Positions 13,906-28,440 of a stretch of DNA of 64,000 nucleotides are shown in pieces (position 1 is the stretch's first letter; each line of letters begins with the position of its first letter). The notes below the pieces were generated by a model, which saw only the letters and a list, made by a program, of their open reading frames with translations, did not search any database and was not told the DNA's origin. The position numbers and the translations under genes are program-made. Origin of the DNA: Octopus vulgaris (lineage: Eukaryota); contig OX597831.1 in NCBI GenBank assembly GCA_951406725.2, positions 9,734,001 through 9,798,000 on the forward strand. Direction: 5' to 3'.

Positions 13906-16900
13906 TGCGACAGCTGCTCGTACATCAGCTAAAGCGAGAATACTGCATGAAGCCTGTATGTATATCTATGTGTGTCTTATCACAATTCCTGTTTTTACGT
14001 GTGTAAGCACGTGCTCAATGTGTGTGCGCGAATGTATGTGTGTGTGTGTGTATGTGGGAGAGAAATAGAGAGAGATAAAATGCATATACTCCAACAGAAT
14101 TGCGTTAATTACACCACTTTGGTTTCTTTGTGAACACTTGTACTACTTTATATCTCAGATGTATGATTTGTAGTTTTGCTCAATAACACAAAGTGATGAT
14201 GACGCTTCCATAGCGGCTATTTGTTGCTACCAGAAAAAAAAAAAAAGATCTAGTAACGAATTGATGGTATTCAGAAACGAACCGCCAAACATGTGGTTGG
14301 AAGATCCGTTCTTTCTAGATTGTTTGTTTGCAACTCGCCATTAACATTTATAAAAAAAACGTTTTAAATATGCGTTTGTGTAGCAAGACACATCCACAGT
14401 ATTGTGTGATTTCATCCCCAATCATGTGTTATAGGGTTTGATTGACACTTCACTGAAAATTCTGAAGGATAATATTTTCTTTCGCAAATGGATCGCCCTT
14501 ATTTGAAGACCGAACGCTAAGCAAACAATAAGAAAGCATTAATTGCGTTATTATTGTACTCAGTTTTTAATGTGGATCTACTATATACGTGACAGCAAGA
14601 ATGATCCAGAAGCCCAACTGCAGTGAATATATAGATTTTATTATAGTTTTCCTCTTGTATTGAATATCAAATTCTTTTCGAAAAGTATGATTCCATGATT
14701 GTCATCCCTTCAAAACCAGTTCTGAAGAATCAATGGTTCGCTTCTTTTTGACAACTGATATTTAATGCATTTGATTTATCTCCCGTAAATCTGGAATAGT
14801 GATGGAAGCAGTCATATATTAAAATTGCTTGATGTTTGAAATGACGGTGTTCTTGGCAGAAATGATGGATTAACACAATAAATGTCTCTCATTTCCTTAT
14901 ATTGTGAGTCCATATAGCATCGATTTCAACATTACAGTTCACCCTTCACGCCTCCAGTTCGACAAAATAATAACGGTAATAAACTTGAGTTGATTTAATT
15001 GACTTTAACCTTTATCAGTCAAACCAAAGAACGTTGATGACGCTAAAGATATCACCACTAATATATGGAGGCATTAATACTGTAATAGCATCTCGTAGAG
15101 CTGAACCTATTCATAGATTTTACTTGACAATTTCAAGAAAAATCCATAGAATTTCTTTAGTATACATATAAGACAGGAGTTTCGGAAACAATTGAATAAC
15201 ATATATGCGGTGAACGTTTTCAATAGAGAATTGATAAAACTGGTAATCCGATTATCTGTTGGATTAACTGTGAATATTATGCTTACAGGCAGGTTATTCA
15301 TACAATTATTCGAGCTATAACTGAATAAATAGTTAAAATGATACTACATGCTATTTCATCATTCATTTGATAATATAGACTACGTATACACTGACATGGT
15401 CGAGGTCCTACTACCAGAAATGTATTGCTTGTTTGAGATGTATGTGCCTAGCCTGTAAAGGGAGATTATCGATGAGAAAGGAGCACATTCTACAGATTGT
15501 TTGAAAGGTCACCCAACACAATATGAAATTGCCTAAATGGATCTATAATATAACATTCGAAGATGCACTAATATATATATATAAATGAATACATCTCTAA
15601 ACATGCCAGTAAATTTCCGATTTCTCAAGATATATAAGATTTATTTTTTCAGAAAGTTGATAGACTTTGACAAGATAGAGGAAAAATGCAGGCAAATAGG
15701 AAGCAAGCGCACCCGCATATAAGAACAATATTCAATAACAATATAAAGATGAGCTGTGCAAAATATTTAAACTTTTCAATACCTTTATTCGCGAACTTAT
15801 CAAATATCATTGGGAAAATTATGATTTTCACAACATTAGACTTACTGAAAATATTAAAAGATTCTTGTGCACAGAAAAATTCTACAGATGCCACCCATCA
15901 ATTAAGTCAAATAACAAGCGGCACTAAGTCTTATTTATAATACTGGATCGCAAAAGAAATCCAGGAACCCACATGTGTAGGATGGTTATTGCTGCTCCGA
16001 CTGATATCACTACTTGACCTGTACATTAGGATGAAAATCAAGAACAGCATCGGCGGGGTTTGGAACCAGAGACTAAAGGCATGCAACAGAATTTGAAATA
16101 TTTTATACTGCTTTTCATGAGTAGGACATAAAACTCATCCTCTATTTTAATAGAATTTTAAGGATGGAGGCATTATTATTATTATCATCAAATAGCATTG
16201 ATTATACCCTGCTTAATGTGCATGCTTTATAAAATCGCTGTAATACTGAATAATTCCTGGTGTCGCTAAATAACATCAAGTCGGGAAAAAGAATTGGATA
16301 TTAGCGACGGATGCATTATTACGAGAGATCTTCTCAGGATGAAATCTATAGTGTTGCGGAGCGGTTTTAATGCATTCACATGAAACGCGATTCAAATATC
16401 GTGACGGTTATACCTTTGTCGGAATTCATTTGATCGTTCCATAGTTGAATCTATTACAGCATATTACAACACATATTCTAAAACACTGCTTGTTTTTTTT
16501 TTTCCCGTTTGAAAGGGAATATTGATTTGTTGATGATGGGTGGTGTCATGTACACCCGAGAAGCTGATAAAACCCGTTTTTGTTTTATATGCGGCGGAAT
16601 AGAGTAACCCAGTGTCGGGGTAATTCCAACACAGTTTGAAGAAAGTAAAAGTCAACAGATCAAGCGATTTTAATCGAATATTTGTTCATAATTTTTCCAT
16701 TCAACATTAGCTGGCAATTAAGCAATACGTTTGTATTATTTTTCTAGAATGAATTAATTCAACAGAGTCGATTTATCACCGCTGTCGTTTGTTTCAACCA
16801 CTACATGATGACGTCCGTGACGAACTGACAACTGGTTAATGAATTTTCAGTTATTTATATCATGGTGTAATCAACAATTGACTTATTTCTAAGCGGCCTA

Positions 16901-18305
16901 GTCTAGCAAGAAGCTTTAGGTAGGTATCGTACAATGGAATTTAACAACAAATGAAACAGTAAAATATTTTTTTCTAACTCTGCAGAATATAAAAAAACCT
17001 TATGTGAAATTTTGAAAACCTTATCATATGAAAAAAATTATTTATATGAAGAGTAACTGGTGACTACGGTATAAACATTAATTTCTGTTCTGAAACTGGT
17101 TGTAGGAATTTAAAGCCAAATTTGAATACGGAGTGATACAAGAAAATATAGAAATTATGGATAAGAAAGTGAAAGAAATTGTGAAAAAAGAATACTAAAC
17201 TGGAAACCGAACCCAACCACCTAGATGGTGTTAAAGGATTCTGGTTAAAAAACCTTTCTGTTATACACCATATATGATCGCTTTTACTGAATCTAACATG
17301 GTCGACAAGAGGAAGGATAAAGCGGAGAGAGACGGATAATGAACGTGTGCGAAAGTCATCAGTTATATTACTATTACTTGTTTACCCTAACGCTGAAAGT
17401 AATTAACTGGCCTTAGAGTAGATGAAATCTATATTTTTCTGTACAAGGATAATTTTCTAGGAAAGGATAATTTATTGCCAGTGGATGAAAACGGATTCAG
17501 AAAGAAGTAAAGGGGAGATTGCTGATCTGCTGTATTTAGATAGGAATATATTAAATGAAAAGCGAGTAATAAAGGATTTAAGTGTTGGCTAGATGGATTA
17601 CCGGATGGCTTGGGCCAATGTTCCATACATCCGGTTCTTGGCGTGCCTAAGAAACAACGGAATCAATGAAAAGATAACCGGTTTGTTGGAAAAAGTAATG
17701 AGAATGTGTTAAGTAGAACTGACATGTGCAAATGAATCACTAGGAAACGTGAAAGTACCCAGAAAATTTCGAAAGACATTTGCTTTCTCCACTACACTTC
17801 ATTAATGTGTTAATTCACCTGACATCTATACTGAAAAAATTCAGGCCTGATTAAGAGTTTTCCAAAACGCAGGTGACAATATATCCCTGCTTTATATGGA
17901 TGACATCAACGTGTATACAAAATAATGTGGATTATCTGATCCGGATAGCGAAATTATTCATCATGGATATTGGTATGCAATTCGGGGTAGATAAATGCGC
18001 AATACGAATTATGAAGTGAGGCAGGAAGATAAATCCTGATCACATAAAATTACCACAACAACATTAGATCGTTGCGGAACATTGAAGGGTACAATATCTC
18101 GGTGTGATACAAGACGGTAGATAAAGGAAAGAAAATAAGAATTCTATAAAAAGTACAATAATTATGAATGTGCGCGAAACACAATTTTAATGGAGCGAAT
18201 ATCATTAAAACAATGAATCCATGGATTATGCCAATATAAAGATACTCTTTAGGGGTTGTCAATACCATGTGTTCATAGGCAGCCAAATACATAGATGATA
18301 TAATA

Positions 18306-18706
18306 GCAGCGAGCTGGCCGAAAGGTTAGCGCGCCGGGCTAAATTCTTAGTGGTATTTCGTCTGCCGTTACGTTGTGAGTTCAAATTCAGCCGAGGTCGA
18401 CTTTGCCTTTCATCCTTTCGGGGTCGATTAAATAAGTACCAGTTATGGACTGGGATCGATGTAATCGACTTAATCCGTTTGTCTGTCCTTGTTTGTCCTC
18501 TCTGTGTTTAGCCCCTTGTGAGTAGTAAAGAAATAGGTATTTCGCCTGTGTTTACGTTCTGATTTCTAATTCCACGGAAGTCGACTTTGCGTCTCATCTT
18601 TTCGGGGTGGATAAATTAAGTACCAGTTGCGTACTGTGGGTCAATCTAATCGACTGATCCCTTCCCCCAAATTTGCGGGCCTTGTGCGTAGAGTAGAAAG
18701 GAATAT
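18306..18706 (+). mobile_element. SINE family B, full length, nested in old R4 element
   Basis: Head GCGAGCTGGCxGAA..GTTAGC, GAGTTCAAATTC B box, Nin/Deu-like GCCTTTCATCCTTTCGGGGTCGATTAAATAAGTACCAG present twice. Confidence 0.9.
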
Positions 18707-19403
18707 AAAGATGTTCTACTCCCTTTCTGAATTGGACAAATGTCGAGTTAAAAATATTTGATAGAACTAGAAAGCTGTTTAAAATGCACAACGCACTCCA
18801 CCTTAAAAGTAATACTTACCAAAAATGGAATTATTAGATGGAGAAGACTATTCGTACCATAATATTGAGGCTGAAAACTCGTTGTCCGGAGTGAAGGAAG
18901 AACACTCTAGGAGCTAGAGAAGGTCAAACAGTGTCTGAAATCGTAGAATTATTCAAAAACATAACGAAGAACAGAACAAGCAAATGGGAAGATATAGAAT
19001 TATACCGCAAATTCATGCCACAAACCAAAAAGTCTGAAAGTAAATCACGCTGGCTCTTTGCTGACCAATCTAGAGCGAGAGAACAAGGCGATAACTATAG
19101 CTATTCAGGAACAAGCTGTTAAAACAATCTTGATAGAGGAAGTGGTCAACATAGCTCAGTCAGACAGCAAACACAGAACCTGCAGTAAAGAACACTAAAG
19201 TATCAACCATCTTAAGAGCCAGTGCAATATACTTATATAAAAGTACAGGCATGGCTGTGTAGGCAAACGAGTGCATTCTTATGTTAACCGATTCTGTTGA
19301 TTGAAACTAGCAGAAAATTAAGAACAGGAAACAGAGGCTGTGGATAAAAATGAGAATTACAGGTTCTTGTGAGACTCTCCCATAGAAGCCGACCATTCCG
19401 TTT

Positions 19404-19551
19404 CTTAGCGGTTCGGCAAAAGAGACCAATAAAATAAGTACTGGGCTTACAAAAGAAAAAGTCCCAGGGTCGAGTTGCTCGATTAAAGGCGGTGCTCCAG
19501 CATGGCCGCAGTCAAATGACTGAAACAAGTAAAAGAGTAAAAAAAAGAGTA
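19404..19551 (+). mobile_element. SINE family A, 5'-truncated
   Basis: Only the 3' ~150 bp including the AAAAGAGT tail. Confidence 0.85.
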
Positions 19552-20021
19552 TACCTTTGAAGCAAGTGGGCCAGACGTGATGATAGAGTGCAAAATAAGC
19601 AAACAATGCAATATAATGGGTTCTGCAATTAATTCCTTATCATAGCCGAGTCGATAGTAAAGGAATTGAAACAAAATGAGAAAAACCAAGATCGAGCCAG
19701 AGAACTGAAGTGACTGAGGAAGACTAAGACAGCAATTATTCCAGTGTGTTGAGTGGTGCACTTGGCACAGCAAAAACAATGCTACCAAAAACACATTGGA
19801 ATTGAAATTCGCACCGTCAACTTGCAGAAAAGTACCAGTCAACATTCTGCAAGAATCCTTAGGAAAATTCCTGAAATTTCAGGAGAATTGTTGGTACCAT
19901 ATTTCAAATAAATAAATAAATAAAATAAAATAAAATAAAATAAAATAAAATAAAAAGCGAACCTGCTAACTAAATGTGTTGAGATGAATTCTTTTGGATT
20001 TGAATACTTCAACTCTGGAAA

Positions 20022-20350
20022 CATAACTGTTGATCCTGTTGTGATTTTGCGTGTGTGAAATTGCGTTTCCACCTGAGTGAACCATATCTCGGTTCGTTTC
20101 GGTCAGAATTGTGGAAGTTGTAATGCTGTGGTGTAATCGCTTGGCATGTTTTTTTTTATTTCTTTACTTTGATACTTGCATCGAAACCTGTTGTTCTTGT
20201 GTGGCGTCACAAATTATAGCTTCAGTTCAGCTATATATAAAAGTCAACAGAGAGCAAAAATGCCGTGAGTGCGAATTGGAGGCCTTCTTCACTGCCTTCC
20301 AGCGCAATAGCTGACCACAAGGAAGTTCCTTCTACGGCTCGTAAGTCCTT
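20022..20350 (-). mobile_element. Ty3/Gypsy remnant: gag N-terminus with possible PBS/LTR upstream
   Basis: 20147 to 20022 reads MPSDYTTALQLPQF*PKRTEIWFTQVETQFHTRKIT, resembling the LPxFWP..PEIWFxQVExQF gag motif; TTTGTGACGCCAC upstream resembles a TGGTGACCCCGAC-type PBS. Confidence 0.7.
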
Positions 20351-21031
20351 TGGAGCCATCATACTCGTTTGCCTCGTATAAGAATTTAAGTACTGGACTT
20401 AAAATCCTAAAAGTACATACGTATGTATTTAAGTACTGGGTTAATTAAATACGTTCTAACCTATTAAATATATTTATCTGTGATAAAACCAGTGAATTTT
20501 GATGACCAACACCCTAAATACTATTGGATACACAACTTCTCCGGATTTTAGTATATTTAGAGCAAATTTCATCTCACGTTTGGCCATTGAATACATTCGC
20601 TTTCTCCCCAACGAATAGAACATGGTGTAATATAGTCACTGCCTGAAGAGACCTAATGGAAAGATAATAAGTACACTGGTTTAAATCATCAAAAATGCTG
20701 GTTTCTCAAAAGAATATTTGTATACTAATTTCTCAAACAACTATGAAACATATCAAGATATGACTAAAGAATATAAAAAATCTGGAACACTAATACAACA
20801 AACACGTTTTTTTCTATTCATGCTCTTCGTTTTTCCTCTTTAATTTGTGTAATTCTTTAGATTTATGTTTTACATATTTCGTAAACAAATACGTACAGAC
20901 AAATTTTATCACAAATTACTTTTTCTATGATGTATTTTACACATCTTTTAGTCTAAAGTTGCTCTGTTTTTGCTTAACTCTTCTGTCTTCTATCTTTGTA
21001 TGTTATTTTCTTATAGACACACATACAGAAG

Positions 21032-21092
<61 letters not shown>

Positions 21093-21153
21093 ATGTATAT
21101 ATACACATATATACATATATATACACATATACATGTATATATATATACATACT

Positions 21154-21199
<46 letters not shown>

Positions 21200-21402
21200 T
21201 ATATGTGTGTATGTCTGAGTATATATATATATACTAGTAATAGATTTTCATAAAATGTTTTCGAAAACTTAGGCATAGAACATTATTGTTTCACGACGTT
21301 GTAATTTACATATGCACACAAACACACCGCATACACATACACACATCGACCTATATATATATATATATATATGTTTATATATATATATGTATATATATAT
21401 AC

Positions 21403-21566
21403 TGCACGCATTTTCTTTCTCTCCTTCTTTCTGTGTTTTTCTCTCTGTGTATCTTTCTGTTGATCGGCTCGAAACGTTATATATATTTCCTGAGCGCCAT
21501 ACTATACAATTGTTCGTTTGTTTTCCACCTGCCTTCGTCTTTTGTTTATTTTCATAAAGCTTCCCG

Positions 21567-21568
<2 letters not shown>
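21403..21568 (+). mobile_element. Short Penelope-like repeat (hammerhead partly deleted)
   Basis: Matches 30296-30487; embedded in (TA)n. Confidence 0.6.
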
Positions 21569-21648
<80 letters not shown>

Positions 21649-21670
21649 CACATACACACATCGACCTATA

Positions 21671-21745
<75 letters not shown>

Positions 21746-22092
21746 TGTATATAAATTTAAAATGCGGGTGAGAAATTAGATATTAATTTAATTAACATCC
21801 ATTTCACACCAGTGGTCCAGCATATTAAAATCACAGAAGGTTCAGTAAAACTGTACTATATACATATTAGAGGGAAACCACTATGTGGATACCCTTATAC
21901 TAGAAATAGATCCGCTACGGTCTTACCATTAAGAAATGTCCCCAAGAAAAATTCAGTAAAACGACCAAAACGTAATCGAGTAAGACAAAAGGAAAAGCAA
22001 TAACAATATGGATTATTCGCATTCATGTTTCACTATTAACATATTACGTAATTTTACTTACATAAATGTCCGTAGATCATACTATATATGTA

Positions 22093-22128
<36 letters not shown>

Positions 22129-22129
22129 T

Positions 22130-22491
22130 AGGCGCAGGAGTGGCTGTGTGGTAAGTAGCTTGCTAACCAACCACACGGTTGCGGGTTCAGTCCCACTGCG
22201 TGGCATCTTGGGCAAGTGCCTTCTGCTATAGCCCCGGGCCGACCAATGCCTTGTGAGTGGATTTGGTAGACGGAAACTGAAAGAAGCCTGTCGTATATAT
22301 GTATATATATGTATATATGTGTGTGTGTTTGTGTGTCTGTGTTTGTCCCCCTAGCATTGCTTGACAACCGATGCTGGTGTGTTTAGGTCCCCGTCACTTA
22401 GCGGTTCGGCAAAAAGAGACCGATAGAATAAGTACTAAAAGGTGGTGCTCCAGCATGGCCGCAGTCAAATGACTGAAACAAGTAAAAGAGT

Positions 22492-22492
<1 letters not shown>
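22130..22492 (+). mobile_element. SINE family A
   Basis: Full head and tail, small internal deletion. Confidence 0.9.
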
Positions 22493-22570
<78 letters not shown>

Positions 22571-22577
22571 TATATAT

Positions 22578-22981
22578 AGGCATAGGAGTGGCTGTGTGGT
22601 AAGTAGCTTGCTTACGAACCACATGGTTCCGGGTTCAGTCCTTGAGCAAGTATCTTCTGCTATAGCCTCGGGTCGAGCAAAGCCTTGTGAGTGGATTTGG
22701 TAGACGGAAACTGAAAGAAGCCCGTCGTATATATGTATATATATGTATGTGTGTGTGACTGTGTGTTTGTGTGTCTGTATTTGTCCCCCACAACATCGCT
22801 TGTCAACCGATGCTGGTGTGTTTACGTCCCCGTAACTTAGCGGTTCGGTAAAGGAGACCGATAGAATAAGTACTAGGCTTACAAATAATAAGTCCTGGGG
22901 TCGATTTTCTCTAATAAAGGTGGTGCTCCAGCATGGCCACAGTCAAATGACTAAAACAAGTAAAAGAGTAAAGAGTAAAGA

Positions 22982-22984
<3 letters not shown>
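22578..22984 (+). mobile_element. SINE family A (tandem neighbour, separated by (GATA)n)
   Basis: Full head and tail. Confidence 0.9.
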
Positions 22985-23027
<43 letters not shown>

Positions 23028-24222
23028 TATAATATACAATAATGTTTGAAAAGCTACAAAATATATGAATGTAGCCTAAGTATTGTATTAGAAGGAATAG
23101 GGCACGGTAACTATTGGGTGAATTGTAGAAAGTTGGAGAACTGCTTACGTCCAATAAATAACATGTCTTTATTTCAAAATATATCATGAAAATACAAGTG
23201 AAGATTGAAATATCTATGGCTGTATTTTAGGGTGGGGAATGACTTATCAGCATTCTTAAGTCCTGGACATACTAAACTGTTTATCGTACGTTTAAAGCAC
23301 TTCTGTTTGCAATTGGTGACACTTTATCTAAGAAATAAGAATTGCATAATAATATACATAAATATGAAATTCCATAAAGATATATCCGTCAATTCCCAAA
23401 TATGACGGATGCTTTGCTTGCAGAATAAAAGAATGGCACATTTACTAAGCTAATTCTACAAACTGGCCATGGAATATATAAGAGACGGTGTGATAATGTG
23501 ACTCGGATAGTTCTCTTGGAATTACGTTTTTAAAAAATTGAGCAGAAAGATATGAACATTGGTATTTTAAGTGATATTAAATATACGAAAATCCGATTGC
23601 AAATCGACATTCAATGCGAGACGAGATAATATAAAAAAGGCCAGCTTCCTTAAAATTATCGACTTTGCAATAAATACCTTGTTATTAACGAACAATAAAC
23701 TGCTGTCAATGTGGGTGGCATCTAATAGTTTAAGCATCGTTTAACTATGATAGGAGTTAAAACTAGGATTGGACACTTTAGAAAATATACTTTTATATGA
23801 CTGGAGAGCGACAGAACGAGAGATGGGTCAGTATAAAAAAACATAATACGAAATTGTGTTGAAATGCGTTAGTACCGAAAATTGAGAATTGGAACTACGC
23901 TCCGAAGGTAAAATCAGCATTTTGAAAATATTTCAAATGAAATAAGGAAATGGTGCATCAATAATGCTATTTGCAAAACTTATAAAAAATAAAATACCTA
24001 AAGGTTTTGTGCAATAAATTCAAATATAGAGGGCGGTGTTGTAGAGTTATCACATACATATTTCCTTTCGTCTCGACTCACTTCCAAATTGTTTTTCGAT
24101 ATTACTGATGCCTTAGAAGTTAAATCATTTCAGCATAATTTCATAAAAGCTAATGGCTTATCGGAAAAGTAAACTGGAGCGAAGAATATGTGCATTTTAT
24201 GCATTTATAATATTCATTTATC

Positions 24223-24287
<65 letters not shown>

Positions 24288-25081
24288 CGTATACTTACTA
24301 TAACAACAGCGATGTTACTTGTATGCAAACCACTAACAATAAAAAGTCAGGAGATTTGCTGTGATAAAATATATTGAAATAGTCGATGGTCTCGTGGTTT
24401 AACAGCTTTATTGTACTTTTAAACTGAGGCGACAAACCTCTTGGTGAGAAGACCAAAACGTACATGAAATATTACGCTTCGTGCGCTTTGTGTCTACTAT
24501 GTTTGTATTACATGAATGAACACCAAACTGGAACTAATTCCCCCCCTACCATTAAAGAAATTATCCTTTTGCATTTTATTAACCGGTCTACGATTCAGGG
24601 TCATTCATCTATTTTTCAATTACAAGGTGTCATCCCTTAAGATATCACTCGTGCGTGATTATGAATTCCTAATACCATCGAATTTATACAATGAAGTGTT
24701 TCGTTGTGTGGAATAGAATTTACTCCAGCTGATTGTCGGGATTTTTACTGCAGAGATTATGGCAAATGGTCATTAGTGTCGAACAAATACGATAAAACGG
24801 AGAATAGTAATGGTCCAGGCTGTCAAAGATACGAGAAAGACGTACAAATGGCGGATTAGTAAGTAAATCTGACTAGTACACAATTTCCGGTGTTTCCCGC
24901 TGGCAACATTCGGCACATCGTTCTCGTATGTCACTTCATTACATCGTGTTTAACTTTCGTTTTCTTTACTTTGAAGCTGACCTATATCGATACTGGACAA
25001 ATGACGGAAGTAGGTTGACTGTTGTACTTTATACACACATAGACACACACACATATGTATATATATATGTATATATATGTA

Positions 25082-25151
<70 letters not shown>

Positions 25152-25197
25152 AGTGTATATATATATATATGCATATATGTATGACTATATATATATA

Positions 25198-25240
<43 letters not shown>

Positions 25241-25249
25241 ACATATATA

Positions 25250-25280
<31 letters not shown>

Positions 25281-25289
25281 GTATGTATA

Positions 25290-25329
<40 letters not shown>

Positions 25330-25437
25330 TGTGTGTGTATATATATATGCATATACTTTGATACTTTGATAGGTTTCGGCCATTATTGGCCCAGGCCATG
25401 TCTAACTTAATAGCACCACCTGGTGAAGTCTTTCAAG

Positions 25438-28400
25438 TCAGAATTTGGGCACTATGGCCCACTCAAGTAGAGAGTTATTGTTTACAGAGACATATCCGGG
25501 TGTAGGGGGTTTATCCGGGATTTCTTGAAGGAATCTGTCCAAAGACTTCTTGAACCCTATAGGGTCAGTTTCTGTTTTAATGTGTTTTGGTGTAATGTTA
25601 AAGAGAGCGGGGCCAATTGAGGTGAAATAATTGTGCCGTATTGTTGTTATGAGATGAGAGTGCGATTTTTGTTTTGGGCGGATGGCACGGGGCCCAAGCC
25701 TTGGATGTACCTTAAAGGTGATGCCAACATCATTTGGGCAATGCTGATGGAATATTTTCCACATCATGCAGATGATGTAGCGCTCACGACGACGTTGGAG
25801 AGAATAGAGTTTTAGCTTTTCTAGCCGACCCCAATAGTCGAGGCCTGTCATGCCATCTATCTTTTTTGTGATTGCCCTTTGAGGTGCTTCAACTTTCATG
25901 ATACCTTGTATTGTGTGGGGAGACCACAGTGGACAACAGTATTCAAGGTGGGGTCGGGCAAAAGTGGAGAAGAGAAGGATAATGGTGTGGATATCTCTCG
26001 ACTGGAAAGTTCTGAGAATCCAGGAACACATTCTGCGGGCCATGTCAACTTTGGTGTTTATATGAGTGGCCCAGCTTACGTTGTTGTCCACAATTACTCC
26101 CAAGTCTCTGATGTTGTTGGACGCCGCGAGAGTTTCACCTGAAGGAAGGGAGTATGGGAGTTTCAGGGCATCCTCTTTTCCAAAGTGGATTAGCTCAAAT
26201 TTATCCTCGTTCAGCAGCATATTGTTTTTTTCTGCCCATTGGATAACAGCCAGTAGATCTGACTGAAGGCATGTCCGGTCACTCGCCTCATTTATGACCT
26301 TCTGTAGCTTGGAGTCATCTGCAAAGATTTTTATGTTGCTGTGCTTGATGATGTCATTAATGTCATTAATGTAAATGATGAAAAGAAGTGGGCCCAGCAC
26401 AGTGCCTTGCGGAACGCCACTACTGACTTTGGCTGGGCTTGATTTTACCCCTTCAACTACAACATGTTGAGATCTGTCTGTCAGGAAACACTTAATCCAT
26501 TTCAGTAACTTTCCAGAGACACCAATGTTGGATAGTTTTTTCAATAGGATCTTGTGATCGACCCTGTCGAAGGCCTTACTGAAATCAAGGTAGATGACAT
26601 CGGTGTTGGAGCCCTCTCCCAAAGCTCTCAAAATGTCCTCAAAGTGATGCAGGAGCTGCGTTAGGCAGTCCCTTCCATTACGGAACCCATGTTAGTTGGA
26701 GATCAGCCGTCTGTTGCTTTCCAGAAATTGGGTTATTCGAGATCTCACCACCCTCTCAAATACCTTGATGATATGAGAGGTGAGTGAGATCGGACGGTAA
26801 TTCACTGCAAGGGACTTGTTTCCCTTTTTGAAAACTGGGACAACAGACTGGGACAGAAGGTTTTTTGGAATATAGCCAGCATCCAGTGAGTTTCTCCACA
26901 GGTTAGCAAGGGGAGATGCAAGTTGGTGTCGACACACCTTCAGGACACAAGCAGGGAACCTATCGGGGCCTACTGCTGAATTGTGTTTTATTTCGTTTAT
27001 CGCCGCTAAGACATCAGGGGCACTAAACGTTATGTCCGATATAGTGTGTTGGGGGTTGACATCACTGATACAGCCCAGATCGGCCATATCAGGATTGCTG
27101 AAAACAGAGCAGTATTGTTTCTGCAGTATCTCGGCCATGGATTTGGCATTATCTTGGAGAGTGCCAGTTTCGTCAATTAGAGGGCCTACAGTGGAGACAG
27201 TGACCCTGCGTTACCTCGCAAATGAAAAGAACACTTTGGAGTTGAGTTTGATTTTTTCAATGGCCCACTTCTCCTCAGCTGATCTTTGGTTATTGATGAA
27301 GGTCTTCATGCATTGTTGGAGGTTATGTTTTTTGGATTCAAGCAGTGCGATAGCCGTCGAATGTGTGTGTTGCTGTTGGCAGTACTTTAGTTTGTTAATT
27401 TTTTTGTTTGTTCTTTTTATTTTTCTGATAATGGTTTTTCTGTTTTGGGGGATTCTGCACTTTTTGTTCACAGGTCTTGGTGGGGAGTGTTTTGCACATA
27501 TGTCTGTGACGGTGTCTACAAAGATCTGCCAAGATGTTTTATGGTTGGTGGAGATGTGTGTATGTGTAAAGGACCAGTCAACATTTGATAGCTCGTTCCT
27601 GATTGCATCCCAGTTGGCTTTATGGAGATCCATGTTGTCAAATGGGTGGGCTGGAGGAAGGTCACTAGGATTAGCTTTCGGCTGGTGGAATTTCATGTTA
27701 CAGAGAACCATGTCATGGTCTGAAAGAAGGGTTTTTTCCACTGTAACGTTATGTATAGTGTTAGTGTGGTTACTAAATACTAGGTCCAAAATGTTCTGAT
27801 GTCTTGTTGGTGCAAGGACAAGTTGGGACAAGAAAAACTCATTCGTAAAGTCGAAAAGTGACTCTGCTGCTTCTTTGTCAGCGGTTGAGGCGGGAGTGCT
27901 CGGTTTCAAACAGTTTGTAGTCCAGTCAACACAGGGTAGATTGAAGTCTCCCATCATGAGTATCTTGCTAGAATGGCACTGTTGAATAAAGCACTTAATG
28001 CTGTTGAGGCATTCTTTAAAGCACAGTATGGGTGTTTGGGGCGGCCTATAGAGCCCAATTACTGTCAGGTCATTGGCTTTGTTGTACACGGTGACTGATT
28101 CACAGTAGCCATTGGAGAATATACTATTTCCATCTGCCGTAAATGAATCATGCAGGAAAATGGCAGTTCCACCCTTCCTCCTGCCGATACGATCCGCGCG
28201 GATGGTTGTGAAATTCTTCACTCTCACTTCGGCTTCCAAGTGGGAGTTGTCAAGGTGGGTCTCAGTGAGAATGAAGAAAGGGATGTGGTGTGAATGGTTA
28301 CCAACCCAGTCTTCAATGAATTGGACCTTCCATTTTTGTGCATTGATGGAAGGGCTGACACCTTGTGCATTGAGTAGGAATGTGGAGGTTAGTGTAGTGG

Positions 28401-28440
28401 CTGGTTTTGACTGTTGCAGGGGGCTTGGATTTTTTGTGTG
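25438..28440 (-). pseudogene. LINE ORF2: AP endonuclease plus reverse transcriptase, with in-frame nonsense codons at 27211 and 26692
   Basis: One frame throughout. APE motifs FLLNAQG, ILTETHL, GLYRPP, MGDFNLP, LDLVF, SDHD. RT motifs GPD, NYRPISLTS, N*HGFR, YLDFSKAFD, SGVPQGTVLGPLLF, FADD, DLGV, LEYCCPLWSP, YSLQRRRER. Confidence 0.93.

Larger units (their letters stand above)
16950..19955 (+). mobile_element. Old, heavily decayed R4/Dong-type retrotransposon interrupted by two SINEs
   Basis: Colinear remnants with many stops and frameshifts: LNWK..DGVKGFWLKNL (~17195), LLSPLHF, LLYMDDINVY (~17890), MDIGMQFGVDKCA, NGANIIKTMNPW, LNWTNVELKIFD..RKLFKMHNALH, IAIQEQAVKT, INHLKSQC, LQKS..SARILRK (~19825-19865). 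Confidence 0.8.

Noticed and set aside
15120-15570. Coding-like stretch containing VEVLLPE
   Set aside because: Interrupted by stops; similarity too weak to assign without a search.
17190-17270. DGVKGFWL as a NAP1/SET-like pseudogene
   Set aside because: Colinear downstream YMDD and REL motifs show it belongs to an R4/Dong RT.
26981-27799. 272-aa plus-strand ORF and other antisense ORFs over the LINEs
   Set aside because: Shadow ORFs opposite coding sequence, with no motifs.
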